Source of the DNA: Takakia lepidozioides
Lineage: Eukaryota > Plantae > Bryophyta
Length of the DNA stretch: 64,000 nt
Assembly: GCA_030704615.1 (NCBI GenBank)
Contig: CM060731.1
Location: 18,228,001 to 18,292,000, forward strand
Direction: 5' to 3'
Each line of letters begins with the position of its first letter. The first letter of the stretch is position 1. Position numbers and translations under genes: made by a program. The notes under the pieces are model-generated. The model was not told the DNA's origin. It did not search any database and saw nothing but the letters and a program-made list of their open reading frames with translations. Of the stretch, positions 62,297 to 64,000 are shown piece by piece.

Positions 62297-63805
62297 TTTA
62301 AATATTTTCTGATCCATTAGTTATATACTTTTAAGATTTCTCTGGATCCCTCAGTTATTTCTCTCAATTCAGATTTATCAGTCCTTTAATTATATCAATT
62401 TAAATTTATTTTGTTGCCTTGGTTATTTTCTTTCGGTTCCTCAGTAATATCTCGCAATTTCTCCAACACAAATTCTCAATTATACTCATCTTAATTTATC
62501 TTGGATTTTTTAATTATATTTATCTACTCAGTATAGCGAGAATGTTTGTTTGTTTGTTTTAGATTCCAATAGAATCTTAATCATATTTTATTTTATAAAT
62601 TATAATTAAATAACATATATTTGTACATAAAATAATTATATAACAAATCCAAAGAATTATCTCAATATTTTCATGGATTTTAATATTTTGTCATTTTTTC
62701 TATTGATAACTAATCTATATTAGAATAACAATTAGATGTCAATAATTCTAAGATTATAACTTCATTGTCTTGTTCAGCATTGGTCCATGATATTGTAAAT
62801 GATACTAATATAAAAAGAAAACATCAACAAATTAATCATATTATGATTAAAAATGATAATAAGAAATCCAAACAAATGCGTTTCAAGAGGCTACCGGCTC
62901 ATGACCCACCTGTTACTATGTTTGCATGTTCCAAGTTCATTGGTCATTTCAACCCATATAAATATCCATAAACATTGTTAGATTTAGATGAACATTTCTT
63001 AACAAATATGGAGATTTATATTGTAAACGATATCATGTACGCCATCTGAGTACCGTTACCTATTGTGCACTTCATCTAAAGTAAGGAAACAAAATCATTT
63101 TTGTCTCTTTGCCACATGGGAGGCTACTGTTGCATTTTCCTGAAAACATCAATTAGAATATAAATCCGACTATAAATCCAAACATTTGTCCAAAATGAAT
63201 TTTATTGGCTTCCCATGATTTTGTTAATATTCAATTATATGTTCGAAAAAAAGAAGTTATATGGAGAAGCACAAATTAGTCATATTTGCTGGTTCTCGAC
63301 AAATGCGGCAATGAGTCTTAAGAAAAATGCAAAAGCAACATGTATCTAATGAAGAACACAATCATGAAGAAAATCAAAATAATTTTGAAGATGTAAGAGA
63401 AAATATAAATAATTTTCATATGAAACTTCAATTTTCTACTACTAGGATCCACAGTTAACATTACATATGGACAGATACCAATGAAAATCAACAATGCATA
63501 TCTGGTGAGCAATAAAGTTCCCAACCAGGGCCAAGTCCCCTGTTCCTCCAAAAATAAAAATAAAATAAAATAAAATAAAATAAAATCTGGTGGTATAGAA
63601 GCCTATTGGACCATACTCTTGGCCTTGAAACTAGGTAATGTGTCAAAATATTGCCACATCTCACCTATTTTAAATGTTTGATAAGATTTTATCTCAATAT
63701 GAGGAGGAGCCATTATTTGAACTTTAAATACTCTTAAAAAAAATAAAAATACTCTCCACTGTTTTTAAGAAAAGAAAGCAAAGGGAGATGGCAGCAAAGC
63801 CAATC

Positions 63806-64000
63806 TCAGTTGGAGGCCTCCATGACAGCCATGAAATCCAGTTTTCTGATATGAAGCTTCGCAAATCCTGCCTCGGAAGCGAGCTGCCGAAACTCGGCTG
63901 CGTTCCTTTGACGGCCACTAGGAGTGAAGAGCATCATGATCAGATCGAACTGAAAAGCGCATAGGTCGTCGGATGTGGTTTGTGCAGGGATCTCGTCTGG
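63806..64000 (-). CDS. O-methyltransferase (COMT-like, family 2), C-terminal end; gene continues beyond the window
   Basis: Manual translation PDEIPAQTTSDDLCAFQFDLIMMLFTPSGRQRNAAEFRQLASEAGFAKLHIRKLDFMAVMEASN* matches the D..M...G.ER...EF..LA..AGF....E tail of plant OMTs. Not in the ORF track because no start lies in the window. Confidence 0.85.
   Translation of the reverse strand, partial: PDEIPAQTTSDDLCAFQFDLIMMLFTPSGRQRNAAEFRQLASEAGFAKLHIRKLDFMAVMEASN

Overview
Eukaryotic nuclear DNA from a land plant, probably non-seed (inferred from gene content and repeat types; species not identified). The first ~31 kb holds ordinary host genes: an intronless EMSY-like ENT+Agenet gene, a GIL1/IRKI-like gene with one premature stop, an intact glyoxal/aldehyde oxidase, an F-box pseudogene and an 11-exon MYND/MSS51-like gene. 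These are interspersed with a piggyBac-type MITE, tRNA-derived SINEs and several copies of a LINE that consistently sits in (TC)n microsatellites. The region ~31-40 kb is repeat debris (solo LTR, OB-fold fragment, foldback repeats). The main feature is a decayed ~19-20 kb DNA-transposon-like element at ~40.2-59.5 kb, whose ends I could not fix exactly. It has a Sola-like DDE transposase on the + strand. Divergently, on the - strand, it carries an ORF with RNA polymerase II CTD-like heptads (YTPxSPx), a large gene with a ParB/Srx-like motif and an acidic tract, and an FCP1/SCP-type CTD-phosphatase-like domain. About 20 copies of the 18-bp palindrome CACGCGCGATCGCGCGTG are spread through the element and amplified in an internal ~680-bp tandem repeat. 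The window ends in the 3' end of an O-methyltransferase gene. All family assignments come from motifs read by eye; no database searches were run.
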